From Candidatus Omnitrophota bacterium (GTDB lineage Bacteria; Omnitrophota; Omnitrophia; Omnitrophales; Aquincolibacteriaceae): 64,000 nt of DNA. The stretch is from positions 165,536 to 229,535 of the forward strand of contig DAOPYQ010000001.1 in assembly GCA_035352955.1 (NCBI GenBank), given 5' to 3'. Made by a program: the position numbers and the translations under genes. The notes under the pieces are model-generated. The model saw nothing but the letters and a program-made list of their open reading frames with translations. It was not told the origin of the DNA and did no database searches. Of the stretch, positions 25,243 to 35,190 are shown piece after piece (position 1 is the first letter of the stretch; the number at the start of each line of letters is the position of its first letter).

Positions 25243-26510
25243 CGGATGCCAATGAAAAAGAACTTATTGCATTCCTTGTGTTGAACCGGCTTGGGATCGA
25301 AGGCCGGCGCAGGACCGTTGCGTTGCTTGCGGAAGGCAAGACGGCTTATGAAACTTTTGAGCAGATCGCGGCTGAGGATCTTTTCCGGAAAGATCTTGAG
25401 GGATCGTTGGATCCGGCCAAAGAACTTGAAAGTTGCCGGCAGAAAGGCATCGGGCTTCTTTGTTATTCGGATCCGGATTATCCGGGTTCCCTGAAGGAAA
25501 TCCCCGATCCTCCGCTCCTTCTATATAGAAAAGGCGTGATCATAGAGTCTGACCGGAACGCCCTTGCGATCGTCGGAACGCGTCATCCGAGTTTTTACGG
25601 ACGGACGCAGGCCCAGAGGTTTAGTCAGGATCTCGCGGGAAAAGGACTTACGATCGTTTCGGGGCTCGCGCGCGGGATCGATCAGGTCGCGCATGAGGCG
25701 GCGCTTAAGGTTTCGCATGGGAGGACGATCGCCGTGATGGGGTGCGGACTCGATGTGGTTTATCCCAAAGAGAGCGCGGGACTTTGTGAAAGGATCGCGG
25801 ACCGTGGCGCGGTCCTGAGCGAATACCCGCTCGGGACACCGCCTTTGCCGGAGAACTTCCCGCGCAGGAACCGTATCCTTTCCGGGTTGTCGTACGCGAC
25901 ATTGGTCGTTGAGGCTCATTCGCGGAGCGGGTCGATCATTACCGCACATCAGGCGCTTGAGCAAGGGCGCGAGGTTTTCGCGCTGCCGGGACCGGTGGAC
26001 CAGCTGACTTCGCACGGGACTCATCAGCTTATCAAGGAAGGAGCGTGTCTCGTGGAGTCTCCGGAGGATATCTTCGATGCGTTGGCGCCGCGGCTAAAGA
26101 CGGAAAATAATTTCAGCCTCACGCCTCCGGCCGACGTTGTTCTCGTCGACGGCGTTAAAAATCTTGTTCTCAGATTTTTTGGGGCTTCGAAAAAAAACGA
26201 GCCCCGGGATAGTTTCGCCGGAAAAATTTCGTCTATTCCTGAACCGGGAGAACAGGGGGTTCCGTTGCCGGTTGAAATCTCTGCGGTTTTGGCTAACGGA
26301 GGCTCATCGCCTCGTGAGGAACAGGATATTCCCATAAGCGAAGACGCTAAAACCGTGGAGGAGATTCTTAGAGAAGAAGGTCCTCTTGCCCAGGAAGAGA
26401 TCCTCGAATTCACAGGTCTTGAGCCGTCCCGGCTTCCCGGGATACTGCTTCAACTCGAGCTTGCCGGGAAGGTTCGAAGATCGCCCGGGGGTACATACAA
26501 TCCCAGGTGA
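25239..26510 (+). CDS. dprA: DNA processing protein DprA/Smf with extended C-terminal region
   Basis: GTRHPSFYGRTQAQRF..GLARGIDQVAHEAALK..AVMGCGLDVVYPKE. An ATGA overlap with the upstream gene supports the start at 25239. Confidence 0.9.
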   Translation: MTDANEKELIAFLVLNRLGIEGRRRTVALLAEGKTAYETFEQIAAEDLFRKDLEGSLDPAKELESCRQKGIGLLCYSDPDYPGSLKEIPDPPLLLYRKGVIIESDRNALAIVGTRHPSFYGRTQAQRFSQDLAGKGLTIVSGLARGIDQVAHEAALKVSHGRTIAVMGCGLDVVYPKESAGLCERIADRGAVLSEYPLGTPPLPENFPRRNRILSGLSYATLVVEAHSRSGSIITAHQALEQGREVFALPGPVDQLTSHGTHQLIKEGACLVESPEDIFDALAPRLKTENNFSLTPPADVVLVDGVKNLVLRFFGASKKNEPRDSFAGKISSIPEPGEQGVPLPVEISAVLANGGSSPREEQDIPISEDAKTVEEILREEGPLAQEEILEFTGLEPSRLPGILLQLELAGKVRRSPGGTYNPR

Positions 26511-26584
26511 TAGCGCTCTGTTTTTAGCTCAAGCTCCAGTTCGAAAAGCCGTTACTAGTAGAACCTCGTTACAAGAGAAAACTT

Positions 26585-26613
26585 TTGACACAACGCGGTT
26601 TGGGAGCTAGCAT
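26585..26613 (+). promoter_or_regulatory. Putative sigma70 promoter TTGACA-17-TAGCAT
   Basis: ttgaca at 26585-26590 and tagcat at 26608-26613. RBS aaggag at 26656-26661 precedes the ATG at 26669. Confidence 0.35.
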
Positions 26614-26668
26614 TTCCAAAGGTTTCGCATTTTTTAGAGGCAGTTTTTTTAACGAAAGGAGTCAAAGT

Positions 26669-27058
26669 ATGGATGGATTGGTGCCAGCAAGTAAGGGGAA
26701 GCGTTTCGCCGCCGGTTTGATTGACCTAGTCGTGATCCCTATTGTTCTCGGAGTGGTTATCGGTCTGGCCCTCTTGGCTGCGCCGGAGATCGTCCGCAGC
26801 GTGGTCCTCGTGATCGTTAATATCGCTTGGTTGGTGTTCCGTGATGCGGTTTATTCTCCGGGCCGAGCCATGATCAAAGTGAAACTCGTCAGTTTGACCG
26901 GGGAAAAGGTTACGATTCTCCAGGCGATTATTCGGAACGTTCTTCTGATCGTTCCCTTCGTGCTTGTGATAGGGTACATTCTTGAGATCGTCATGCTTTT
27001 GGTCAAGGGGCACCGGTTGGAAGATACTTGGGCCAAGACGCAGGTTGTGGAAGCTTAA
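26669..27058 (+). CDS. RDD-family small membrane protein
   Basis: KRFAAGLIDLVVIPIVLGVVIGL plus further TM helices. Strong RBS. Confidence 0.5.
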   Translation: MDGLVPASKGKRFAAGLIDLVVIPIVLGVVIGLALLAAPEIVRSVVLVIVNIAWLVFRDAVYSPGRAMIKVKLVSLTGEKVTILQAIIRNVLLIVPFVLVIGYILEIVMLLVKGHRLEDTWAKTQVVEA

Positions 27059-27086
27059 GAAATCGTTTTGTAAGGTTAGGAAAAAA

Positions 27087-27122
27087 GGGACAGGTTGCTT
27101 ATTGCGCCTGTCCTTTTTTTAT
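27087..27122. terminator. Rho-independent terminator (bidirectional-looking)
   Basis: aaaaaagggacagg..loop..cctgtccttttttt. GC stem flanked by an A-run and a T-run. Confidence 0.8.
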
Positions 27123-27239
27123 TTGCGAGTTTCCAGAGCCCAATGTTTAGTTCGGCCCAAAAAGTGACGATAACAGGGTGGCGCTGAAACATCCCGGAAT
27201 AAAATTCTCGATGCGGCCTGGGTGGGGGAACAAAGATTT

Positions 27240-27629
27240 ATGAAAAAGAGAAAAAAGAAAACGTTGAAGAAGGAAAAAAAGGAAGCGGGAAGTCTCAAAG
27301 ACGTCCTGTCCATCTACTCCAAAATAGCAGACCTTAAGAAAGAAGTCGGCCAGTTGTCCGACGCTCGCTCCGGTTCTGAAGAGCGTTTGACGGATCTCGA
27401 GGTCCACATTAATCTTCTAACCCGTTTATTGACAACGCTTTGTGTCGAGAAGTTTGGAATTCGCGTTGCGACTTTGAAACGTCTTGTTAAACGGATCGAG
27501 AAAGAAGCGGTTCGTGATTCCCAGATCATGGAACTCGAATCCCTTTACAATTTGTCCCACGTGCCTTCCAAAAAACCGCAGTCTTCCCAGCCGAAAGTCA
27601 AAGGCGATCCCTGGGAAAAGATCTCCTAA
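27240..27629 (+). CDS. Hypothetical Lys-rich coiled-coil protein
   Basis: MKKRKKKTLKKEKKE.. RBS gggga upstream of the ATG at 27240. A GTG at 27222 is an alternative start. Confidence 0.35.
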   Translation: MKKRKKKTLKKEKKEAGSLKDVLSIYSKIADLKKEVGQLSDARSGSEERLTDLEVHINLLTRLLTTLCVEKFGIRVATLKRLVKRIEKEAVRDSQIMELESLYNLSHVPSKKPQSSQPKVKGDPWEKIS

Positions 27630-27672
27630 ACCGTTTAAGAGTAAAGGTTTATCAGCGTCCGATAAACTTTGC

Positions 27673-27701
27673 GTTTACAATCCCTCTGATTTTGTTTAAA
27701 A
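27673..27701 (+). promoter_or_regulatory. Putative promoter TTTACA-17-TAAAAT upstream of topA
   Basis: Read directly from the sequence. topA RBS aaggag at 27771-27776. Confidence 0.35.
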
Positions 27702-27782
27702 TTCCCCTTCTTTCTTAATCCGGCGTCTGACTTTACGCGGTTGCCGTGAGAAGAAACGTTATCATGAATACAAGGAGTTGTT

Positions 27783-29912
27783 GTGACTAAACCGAAGAAA
27801 GTCCGCAAAGCCCCCAAAACCCAAGCGAGGGATTGTCCGGCGAAGAACCTGGTGATCGTCGAGTCGCCTGCCAAAGCCAAAACGATCAATAAATTCCTCG
27901 GAAAGGATTTTCTGGTCGAAGCCTCGATGGGGCATGTCCGCGATCTTCCCAAAAGCCGGATGGGGGTTGATCTTGAGCATGATTTTGCGCCGGAGTACAT
28001 CATTATCCGGAAGGCCTCCAAGAACGTCAAACACCTCAAAAAGATGGCCGAAGGCGCGAGCGCCGTTTATGTCGCAAGCGATCCTGACCGTGAAGGGGAA
28101 GCGATCAGCTGGCATCTCGCCCACATTTTTCACGAAGCGGACAGCGAGAAAAAAGTTCATCGTGTTGAATTCCATGAGATCACCAAGGACGCCGTTCTTA
28201 AGGCGTTCCAACACCCGCGCGCCATTGACGTGCATCTCGTCGACGCCCAGCAGGCGCGACGGATCCTTGATCGCGTGGTCGGCTATCAACTAAGCCCGCT
28301 TCTCTGGAAGAACGTCGGACGGGGGCTGAGCGCCGGGCGCGTGCAGTCAGTCGCGCTCCGTTTTGTCGTCGATCGTGAACGCGAGATCCGCAAATTCGTT
28401 CCGCTGGAATACTGGACCCTCGATGCGCGGTTGTCGGTCGCCGAAGGCCCCGAGGCGGAAAAAATCTTCCTTTCACGGCTTGTGCGGATCAACAAAGAAA
28501 AACCGGAACTAAAAAGCGGCGAAGAGACGGAACGGATCAAGCAGGAGCTCGGGCAACTTCCTTTCCGGATTACAGCGATCGAAAAGACCGAAAAACGCCG
28601 CCGTCCTCAGGCGCCGTATACGACGAGTAAGCTTCAGCAGGAAGCCTATAGCCGTATCGGTTTTTCTGCGGCGAACACCATGCGTATCGCCCAGCGTCTT
28701 TATGAAGGCGTGGAGCTTGGCGAGGAAGGCAGCGTGGGTCTCATTACGTATATGCGTACGGATTCCGTCAATATCGCCACGTCAGCCCAGAAGGAAGCGG
28801 CCGAGTATATCCGCGGACAATTCGGGAAAGAGTATTTTCCGGAAGAACCGCCTGTTTACAAGTCACGCAAGGGCGCCCAGGAAGCTCACGAAGCGATCCG
28901 TCCGACCTCGGTGCTTCGCACGCCGGATTCGGTCAGAAATTTCCTGGAACCCGACGTGCTAAAACTTTATGAGCTTATCTGGAGAAAATTCCTCGCATCC
29001 CAGATGGTTCCCGCCATCGACGAGCACATTGTTATTTCCATTCAGGCCGGAGAGCCCTATGGATTCCGGACCACCGGGAAGCGGAATATTTTCCCGGGGT
29101 TTACCGCGGCATTCGGGGAGATCCGGACGGAAGTGGACAAGGATAATTCCAAGGAAAGCGAAGAAGAGGCGCCAGAGGTCGAGGAACTTCCCGATCTTAA
29201 AGAAGGCCAGATCCTTAAACTTCACGAGATCGTGGGGGAACAGCATTTCACGAAACCTCCCCCGCGTTTTAACGATGCGAGCCTTATTCGGACGCTGGAA
29301 GAACAGGGGATCGGACGGCCGAGCACTTACGCGCCGACGATCTCCACGATCCTGGATCGCAATTACGCGGAGCGCAAAGGCGGCGCGCTGATGCCGACTG
29401 AACTCGGTGAAACGGTCATTGATATTCTGGTCCAGCATTTCCCGAAGATCCTCGAGACGGAATTTACCGCGTTGATGGAAGAGGAACTCGACGAGATCGA
29501 GGAGGGAAAACTGCCGTGGGTGAAAGTGTTGAAGGATTTTTACGGGCCGTTCGGTGAACTTCTCGAAAAGGCGAAGACCGAGATGAAAAGCGTGAAACCC
29601 GAGCCGATTCCTACGGAATACAAATGTGACCTGTGTGGGAAACAGTTGATGATTAAGTTCGGACGTTTCGGAAAATTTCTGGCGTGCTCTGGTTTTCCCG
29701 ATTGCAAATACACCCGGTCGCTTCCCACCGGGTTTTTCTGCCCGGAGCCGGGGTGCGGCGGCGAATTGGTGAAACGGCGCGGCAAGGGGCGCCGCTCCTT
29801 TTACGGTTGCTCCAATTATCCCAAGTGTACCCATGTTGAGAACGCTCTCCCAAAAAAAGAGGGTGAGGCCGGAGCGTCCGGCGACGGCAACAGCGCCTCC
29901 GATGCTCCATGA
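27783..29912 (+). CDS. topA: DNA topoisomerase I
   Basis: Toprim LVIVESPAKAKTINKFLGKDF and C-terminal C4 zinc ribbons. 709 aa. GTG start. Confidence 0.95.
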   Translation: MTKPKKVRKAPKTQARDCPAKNLVIVESPAKAKTINKFLGKDFLVEASMGHVRDLPKSRMGVDLEHDFAPEYIIIRKASKNVKHLKKMAEGASAVYVASDPDREGEAISWHLAHIFHEADSEKKVHRVEFHEITKDAVLKAFQHPRAIDVHLVDAQQARRILDRVVGYQLSPLLWKNVGRGLSAGRVQSVALRFVVDREREIRKFVPLEYWTLDARLSVAEGPEAEKIFLSRLVRINKEKPELKSGEETERIKQELGQLPFRITAIEKTEKRRRPQAPYTTSKLQQEAYSRIGFSAANTMRIAQRLYEGVELGEEGSVGLITYMRTDSVNIATSAQKEAAEYIRGQFGKEYFPEEPPVYKSRKGAQEAHEAIRPTSVLRTPDSVRNFLEPDVLKLYELIWRKFLASQMVPAIDEHIVISIQAGEPYGFRTTGKRNIFPGFTAAFGEIRTEVDKDNSKESEEEAPEVEELPDLKEGQILKLHEIVGEQHFTKPPPRFNDASLIRTLEEQGIGRPSTYAPTISTILDRNYAERKGGALMPTELGETVIDILVQHFPKILETEFTALMEEELDEIEEGKLPWVKVLKDFYGPFGELLEKAKTEMKSVKPEPIPTEYKCDLCGKQLMIKFGRFGKFLACSGFPDCKYTRSLPTGFFCPEPGCGGELVKRRGKGRRSFYGCSNYPKCTHVENALPKKEGEAGASGDGNSASDAP

Positions 29913-30793
29913 GCACGGCTGAACGGGTCGAAAGCTTTCTCGGGTTTCTGACGACCGAGAAAGGCGCTTCCGACCATACGGTCAAAAACTACGGGATCGA
30001 TCTCCGGGAATTCAAAAAATTCCTAGCGGAAAAAGATCTGAAGGAATTGACGTACCTGGATATCCGCGCCTTTCTTGCATTCTTGAAAACACGCGAATAC
30101 AGTAAGAGTTCCATCTCCCGGAAGCTGGCGTGCCTCCGTTCGTTCTTCAAATATCTCGCTCGCGAGAATATCCTGACACAGAATCCCGCGGCCGGGATCG
30201 CAACGCCGAAGAAGGAAAAGCGGCTCCCCTGTTTTTTGAATCCCGATGAGATCACCAAGCTTCTTGAGGCGCCCTCCCAACACTGCTGGGAAGAAAAACG
30301 GGACAAGTCGATCCTAGAAATGCTCTACAGCTCCGGCATCCGCGTCAGCGAACTGGTCGGGCTGAACCATGACGATCTTGATTTTTTCGGAGGACTCGTG
30401 CGGGTCCGCGGCAAAGGGAAAAAGGAACGTATTGTGCCAGTGGGACAGGTGGCGCTTCGTTGTCTCAAGGATTATTTGGATCACAAAGCGCCGAAGGAGA
30501 TCCTGAATGCGGTCAAGAAACCCCTTTTTGTGAGCCGGCTCGGAGGCCGTCTGACGGATCGTAGCATTCGGCGGATGATCCTGAAGTACGTGAAGCGGAC
30601 CGGTCTCGGCAAAGAGGTTTCGCCGCACACGTTGCGGCACTCTTTTGCGACGCATATGCTGGATCGCGGTGCGGACCTCCGGAGTGTTCAGGAGCTTCTC
30701 GGGCACGCGAATCTTTCGACGACGCAGATCTACACGCATGTGACGACGCAGAGGCTGAAAGACGCCTACGCAACGGCGCATCCGAGGGCGTGA
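29909..30793 (+). CDS. Tyrosine site-specific recombinase XerC/XerD family
   Basis: RHSFATHMLDRGADLRSVQELLGHANLSTTQIYTHV. Overlaps the topA stop (ATGA). Confidence 0.9.
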   Translation: MSTAERVESFLGFLTTEKGASDHTVKNYGIDLREFKKFLAEKDLKELTYLDIRAFLAFLKTREYSKSSISRKLACLRSFFKYLARENILTQNPAAGIATPKKEKRLPCFLNPDEITKLLEAPSQHCWEEKRDKSILEMLYSSGIRVSELVGLNHDDLDFFGGLVRVRGKGKKERIVPVGQVALRCLKDYLDHKAPKEILNAVKKPLFVSRLGGRLTDRSIRRMILKYVKRTGLGKEVSPHTLRHSFATHMLDRGADLRSVQELLGHANLSTTQIYTHVTTQRLKDAYATAHPRA

Positions 30794-30804
30794 GGAAAAC
30801 TCAA

Positions 30805-30820
30805 ATTTCAAATTTGAAAT
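30805..30820. promoter_or_regulatory. Perfect 16-bp palindrome atttcaaatttgaaat upstream of waaA
   Basis: Seen directly in the sequence. Candidate operator. Confidence 0.3.
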
Positions 30821-30836
30821 CGAAGGCAACTCAATC

Positions 30837-32156
30837 GTGTTGACGCTATTTTTATACAACTTGGCATTCCTGATCTTCGGGATCTTCTATTTGCCGGTTT
30901 TTCTCATGAAACTTCGCCAGGCCGAAGATCCCGGAGTGCTTTGGCGCGAACGGCTCGGGATTTTTCCGGAAGGGCTGGCGGAAAAGTTTCGGGGGAAGAA
31001 GACGGTTTGGCTCCATGCCGTAAGCGTCGGGGAAGTCATGGCGGTCGAGAAATTCATTGCGGAGTGGCGGGACGCTGCGCCCGAATACGATCTGGTGCTT
31101 ACGACCGTGACACCGACCGGGCAAAAGATCGCCCAAAAGTTCGCGAGCGAGAAGGTCCATGTCTGCTATTTTCCGTTCGACCTGACGTTTGTCGTCCGCC
31201 GTTTTTTTGAAACGTTTAGGCCCGCGTGCCTTTTGCTGGTCGAGACCGAGATCTGGCCGAACCTTTTGATGGAAGCAAAACGCCGGAATGTCCCAACCGG
31301 CATTATCAACGCCCGGCTTTCCCCGCGGTCGTTCAAACGGTACCAAAGATTTTCTTGGCTTTTTCGGCCTCTCTGGGGAGCGCTAGATTTTGTTCTGGCC
31401 CAGGGGAGGGAAGATGCGGAACGTTTTCAGGCTCTCGGGATACTGAAAGAATCGGTCCGGGACATGGGGAACATGAAATTCGATTGGGCCGAATGGACGG
31501 AAGCTGGAACGGAGTATGCGGAAGAGCTCCGGAAGACCTGGGGCTTTGCGCCGGAAGACCTCGTGTGGATCTGCGGCAGCACGCATCCCGGAGAGGAAAT
31601 AATTCTTGCGGAGGTTTACGCGGGATTACGGCAAAAATTTACGGGGCTTAAAATGATCCTGGCCCCGCGGCATATCGAACGATCAGGGTCTCTTTTAAAA
31701 ATTTTCGAACAGCAAAAAGCGAGAACGGTCCTGTCAACCCGGCGGAAGGAGGGAAGTACGTTTGACGTTCTCATTCTGGACCAGCTCGGTATTTTGAGGA
31801 ATCTTTACCAGATCGCGGATCTCGTGTTCATGGGCGGGAGTCTGATCCCTCACGGGGGCCAGAATCCGATCGAGCCCGCGCGTTTTCAAAAAGCGATTCT
31901 CCATGGATCGCATGTTTTTAATTTCAACCAGATCTACCAACAGCTCGACCATGGCGGAGGTGCTCTCAAGGTCACGGCCCCGGACGAATTGTCGTCCGCG
32001 GCGGCGGGACTTCTTGCGGAACCGGGCACGCGTCAGGGGATGGGGCGAAAAGCTCACGAGATCATCAACCGTTTACGGGGCGCCAGCAAACGTCAGGCCG
32101 GATGGGTTTTGACGTTTCTTGCGGGACGGCGCTCCCAAGCACCTGATTTACATTAA
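30837..32156 (+). CDS. waaA: 3-deoxy-D-manno-octulosonic acid (Kdo) transferase
   Basis: N-terminal TM, WLHAVSVGEVMAVEKFI, GT30 architecture. 439 aa. Confidence 0.85.
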   Translation: MLTLFLYNLAFLIFGIFYLPVFLMKLRQAEDPGVLWRERLGIFPEGLAEKFRGKKTVWLHAVSVGEVMAVEKFIAEWRDAAPEYDLVLTTVTPTGQKIAQKFASEKVHVCYFPFDLTFVVRRFFETFRPACLLLVETEIWPNLLMEAKRRNVPTGIINARLSPRSFKRYQRFSWLFRPLWGALDFVLAQGREDAERFQALGILKESVRDMGNMKFDWAEWTEAGTEYAEELRKTWGFAPEDLVWICGSTHPGEEIILAEVYAGLRQKFTGLKMILAPRHIERSGSLLKIFEQQKARTVLSTRRKEGSTFDVLILDQLGILRNLYQIADLVFMGGSLIPHGGQNPIEPARFQKAILHGSHVFNFNQIYQQLDHGGGALKVTAPDELSSAAAGLLAEPGTRQGMGRKAHEIINRLRGASKRQAGWVLTFLAGRRSQAPDLH

Positions 32157-32182
32157 TTGATGGAAAATCAGGACAGAAAGGA

Positions 32183-33241
32183 ATGCGACGAATGGACAGT
32201 TTTAAGAATTATTTCCGTCTTCTGGCGGAGGACAAACCCAATGATTTGCGCAGCGCATTTTTTTATCCGCTTCTTACGGTCGCTTCATGGTTCTATGGGG
32301 CCGGCGTAAAGGTTTTCCGGTCGCTTTATGAAACGAAGGTCCTGCCCCGCAAGCGGCTTCCGTTCCCGGTTGTCAGTGTCGGGAATCTGACGTGGGGCGG
32401 CACTGGTAAAACACCGTTCGTGGAATTCCTTGCCCGCAAGATCTCCGCGCATCGCAAGGTCCCCCTTGTTCTTACGAGGGGCTACAGTCATGACGAGGTC
32501 GAAGAGCTTCAGCAGCATTTGCCCGCTGCGATCATCGGCGTCGGCAAAGACCGTGCGAAGGTCGCCGAAAAGGTCCGCCAGGCCCACAAACATGTCGACA
32601 TCGCGGTTTTGGACGACGGATTGCAGCATGTCGCGCTCGACCGTGACGCGGACATCATTGTGGTCAATTCCCTGAATCCTTTCGGGAACGAACAAATGAT
32701 CCCGCGGGGGATCCTGCGCGAGCCGCTGTCGGTGCTGAAACGGGCGACGGTCATCGTGTTGACGCATGTAAACCTCGTGAAGGAAGAAGAACTGAAGAAG
32801 CTCAAGGAGAAAGTCGCGCGTCTCGCTCCGAACGCCCAGGTCGTCGAAACGCTCATGGAGCCGTTGTTCCTTTACCGTGCGAAGAACAAGTCCCGGATCT
32901 CGATCGAGAAAATGGCGGGGAAGCGCGTGACGACCTTTGCGGCCGTCGGGACACCCCGGTCATTTCAGCTGGTGCTGCAGCGCTCGCATATCAAGACCGT
33001 GCGGAATTTCGAATTCCTCGATCACCACGATTACACGGCGCCGGAACTCGGGAAGATCAAGGAGATTGCCCACGCGGCCAATTCCGAAGAGATCGTGACC
33101 ACCGAAAAAGATTTTTACCGGTCGCGGGAACTTATCACGCAGGCGTTGAACCCGCTGGTGCTGGCCGCGCGCCTCAGGATCGTTTCCGGAGAAGAGGTGC
33201 TGACGGACCGGCTGTTCCGTTTGTTGGGGGTCAAACATTGA
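32183..33241 (+). CDS. lpxK: Tetraacyldisaccharide 4'-kinase
   Basis: VVSVGNLTWGGTGKTP P-loop. Confidence 0.85.
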   Translation: MRRMDSFKNYFRLLAEDKPNDLRSAFFYPLLTVASWFYGAGVKVFRSLYETKVLPRKRLPFPVVSVGNLTWGGTGKTPFVEFLARKISAHRKVPLVLTRGYSHDEVEELQQHLPAAIIGVGKDRAKVAEKVRQAHKHVDIAVLDDGLQHVALDRDADIIVVNSLNPFGNEQMIPRGILREPLSVLKRATVIVLTHVNLVKEEELKKLKEKVARLAPNAQVVETLMEPLFLYRAKNKSRISIEKMAGKRVTTFAAVGTPRSFQLVLQRSHIKTVRNFEFLDHHDYTAPELGKIKEIAHAANSEEIVTTEKDFYRSRELITQALNPLVLAARLRIVSGEEVLTDRLFRLLGVKH

Positions 33242-35190
33242 TGGAAGATCTGAAGGACAGGATCGCCTGCGGGATCGTTTGGGCGCTCATTTTCTTTTTT
33301 GAGCGTATTCCACTTTCCTGGGGGCTCCGGATCGGGGACCTGGCAGGCCGGCTTGTTTTTTATTTTTCTCCGAGGCGGCGCGTTGCTTATATCAATCTGA
33401 AGGCCGCGCTGGGGGAACAGCTTTCGGCGAAAGAACGGTGGAAGGCCGCGCGCGATCATTTTGGTCACGGGGGCCAGTCGATGGTCGAGGTCATGCGTTT
33501 TCGCAAGATGACGCCCGAACACATTGCCAAGAATATCGTGTTTCACGGTCGGGAGCGTCTTGACGGCGTCATCAAGTCAGGGCACGGCGGTGTTTTTATT
33601 ACGGCGCATTTCGGGAACTGGGAGCTGTTGCAGGTTGTCTCGGGACTTATCGGAACCCCGATCCATGTTCTGGCCCGCGACCAAAAATTCCCGCGTCTTA
33701 ACGAACTTCTGAATAAACTCCGCGAAAGCCACGGCTCTGTCGCGATCAGCCGGGGCGCGGGAGTTCGTTCCTTGATCCGTGCGCTTCGGGATAAGAAAAT
33801 GATCGGGGTTCTCGGGGATCAGTCCGCGGGAAAAACCGAGGGTGTGCTTCTTCCTTTCTTTGAAAGGCGGACGACGGTTCCGACGGGTGCGTTTGAGTTG
33901 GCGCAGCGGACGGAGGCGTTGATCTTGCCGTGTTTCATGGTGCGTTCGGGAGGGATGAAGCATGAGATCCATATCGGGGAGGTTCTTTCGGACGATCCCT
34001 CGCTTGAACCGGCGGCTCGCACCGGGTTTCAGGTTCGTCAATATCTCAAGGTTTTGGAGGATTTCATCCGTCGTTTCCCGAACCAGTGGCTTTGGGAGAA
34101 TAAACGGTGGAAATACAGTTGGGACCGCAAGGTCGTGATCCTTTCTGACGGGAAACCGGGGCATTTCAAACAATCTGAAGTGGTCGCCGAACTTCTGAAG
34201 AATTTTAAGGAATTCCACGGTCGTCCGGGTCTCGAGTTCGCGGTCGAAAGGATCCCGGTCGAATACCGTTCCGAGTGGCACCGGAAGATTTTTTTCTTTC
34301 TCGCGTTCCTGATGCGTCCCTGGATCCAGGGACGGCTGGCATGGTTGCGGCCCTTTTTCAAGGAGGCGACGCAAAAAGCCATTGAGAAAGTGAGCGCGGA
34401 TGTGATCATTGCGGCGGGTTCCGGGTTGGCGCCCCTCCAGATGTGTCTTGCCGCGGAGACTGGGGCGAAAAAACTTGTCATTATGAAGCCGCCGTTCCCT
34501 TATTCCCTGACTCATTACGATCTTGCGATCGTTCCCGCACATGATGGAGGAAAAGTCCCGTCGCGGACGTTCCGCTGCGTGATCATGCCGAGCGGTTACC
34601 AGACCTACGATCGTTCGGGGGATGTGCGTCAGCTGAAACTCAAACTTGCGGATGAACCGCGCGCAAAAATGGCGATTTTTATCGGCGGGGCGACCCACGA
34701 TTATGATCTGACCGTTTCGGATATGGAAAAACTTTGCACGACCCTGAAACGGATTTCTTCGCGGTGCGGGGATTATATGATCACCACGTCCCGGAGAACG
34801 CCGGCCCACAGCGAGCGTTTTCTCAAAAGTGCGCTGATGCAGCATCCGGCATGCCGCCTTCTTGTGATCGCGAATGAAGACAATCCTTCTTACGCGGCCG
34901 GCGGGATGATGGGGGTTGCGGATCTCTTGATCGTGACGGAAGACAGTCTGGCGATGATCTCGGAGGCGGTCGGGACCGGCAAACGCGTGATCGTTCTTCG
35001 GATGGGGCAAGGCCAGCTTCCCGCGAAACACTATCGTTTCCACAAGATCCTCGAAGAGCGCGGGCTTGTGACCCTGTGCGGTTTTGAAGATCTCGAAAAA
35101 CACATTTTGGATCTTTTGAAAAAACCCGCGTTTCCGGTCGTTCAGCGGGAAAGGAACGCGCTGATGGCGCGGCTCGGAGAATTCGTATGA
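33238..35190 (+). CDS. Fusion protein. N-terminal lipid A biosynthesis (Kdo)2-lipid IVA acyltransferase (LpxL/HtrB family) plus a C-terminal ELM1/DUF1022-like domain
   Basis: N-terminal FITAHFGNWELL (HX4D-type acyltransferase region). The C-terminal half of about 350 aa resembles the ELM1-like putative glycosyltransferase family. Confidence 0.6.
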   Translation: MMEDLKDRIACGIVWALIFFFERIPLSWGLRIGDLAGRLVFYFSPRRRVAYINLKAALGEQLSAKERWKAARDHFGHGGQSMVEVMRFRKMTPEHIAKNIVFHGRERLDGVIKSGHGGVFITAHFGNWELLQVVSGLIGTPIHVLARDQKFPRLNELLNKLRESHGSVAISRGAGVRSLIRALRDKKMIGVLGDQSAGKTEGVLLPFFERRTTVPTGAFELAQRTEALILPCFMVRSGGMKHEIHIGEVLSDDPSLEPAARTGFQVRQYLKVLEDFIRRFPNQWLWENKRWKYSWDRKVVILSDGKPGHFKQSEVVAELLKNFKEFHGRPGLEFAVERIPVEYRSEWHRKIFFFLAFLMRPWIQGRLAWLRPFFKEATQKAIEKVSADVIIAAGSGLAPLQMCLAAETGAKKLVIMKPPFPYSLTHYDLAIVPAHDGGKVPSRTFRCVIMPSGYQTYDRSGDVRQLKLKLADEPRAKMAIFIGGATHDYDLTVSDMEKLCTTLKRISSRCGDYMITTSRRTPAHSERFLKSALMQHPACRLLVIANEDNPSYAAGGMMGVADLLIVTEDSLAMISEAVGTGKRVIVLRMGQGQLPAKHYRFHKILEERGLVTLCGFEDLEKHILDLLKKPAFPVVQRERNALMARLGEFV

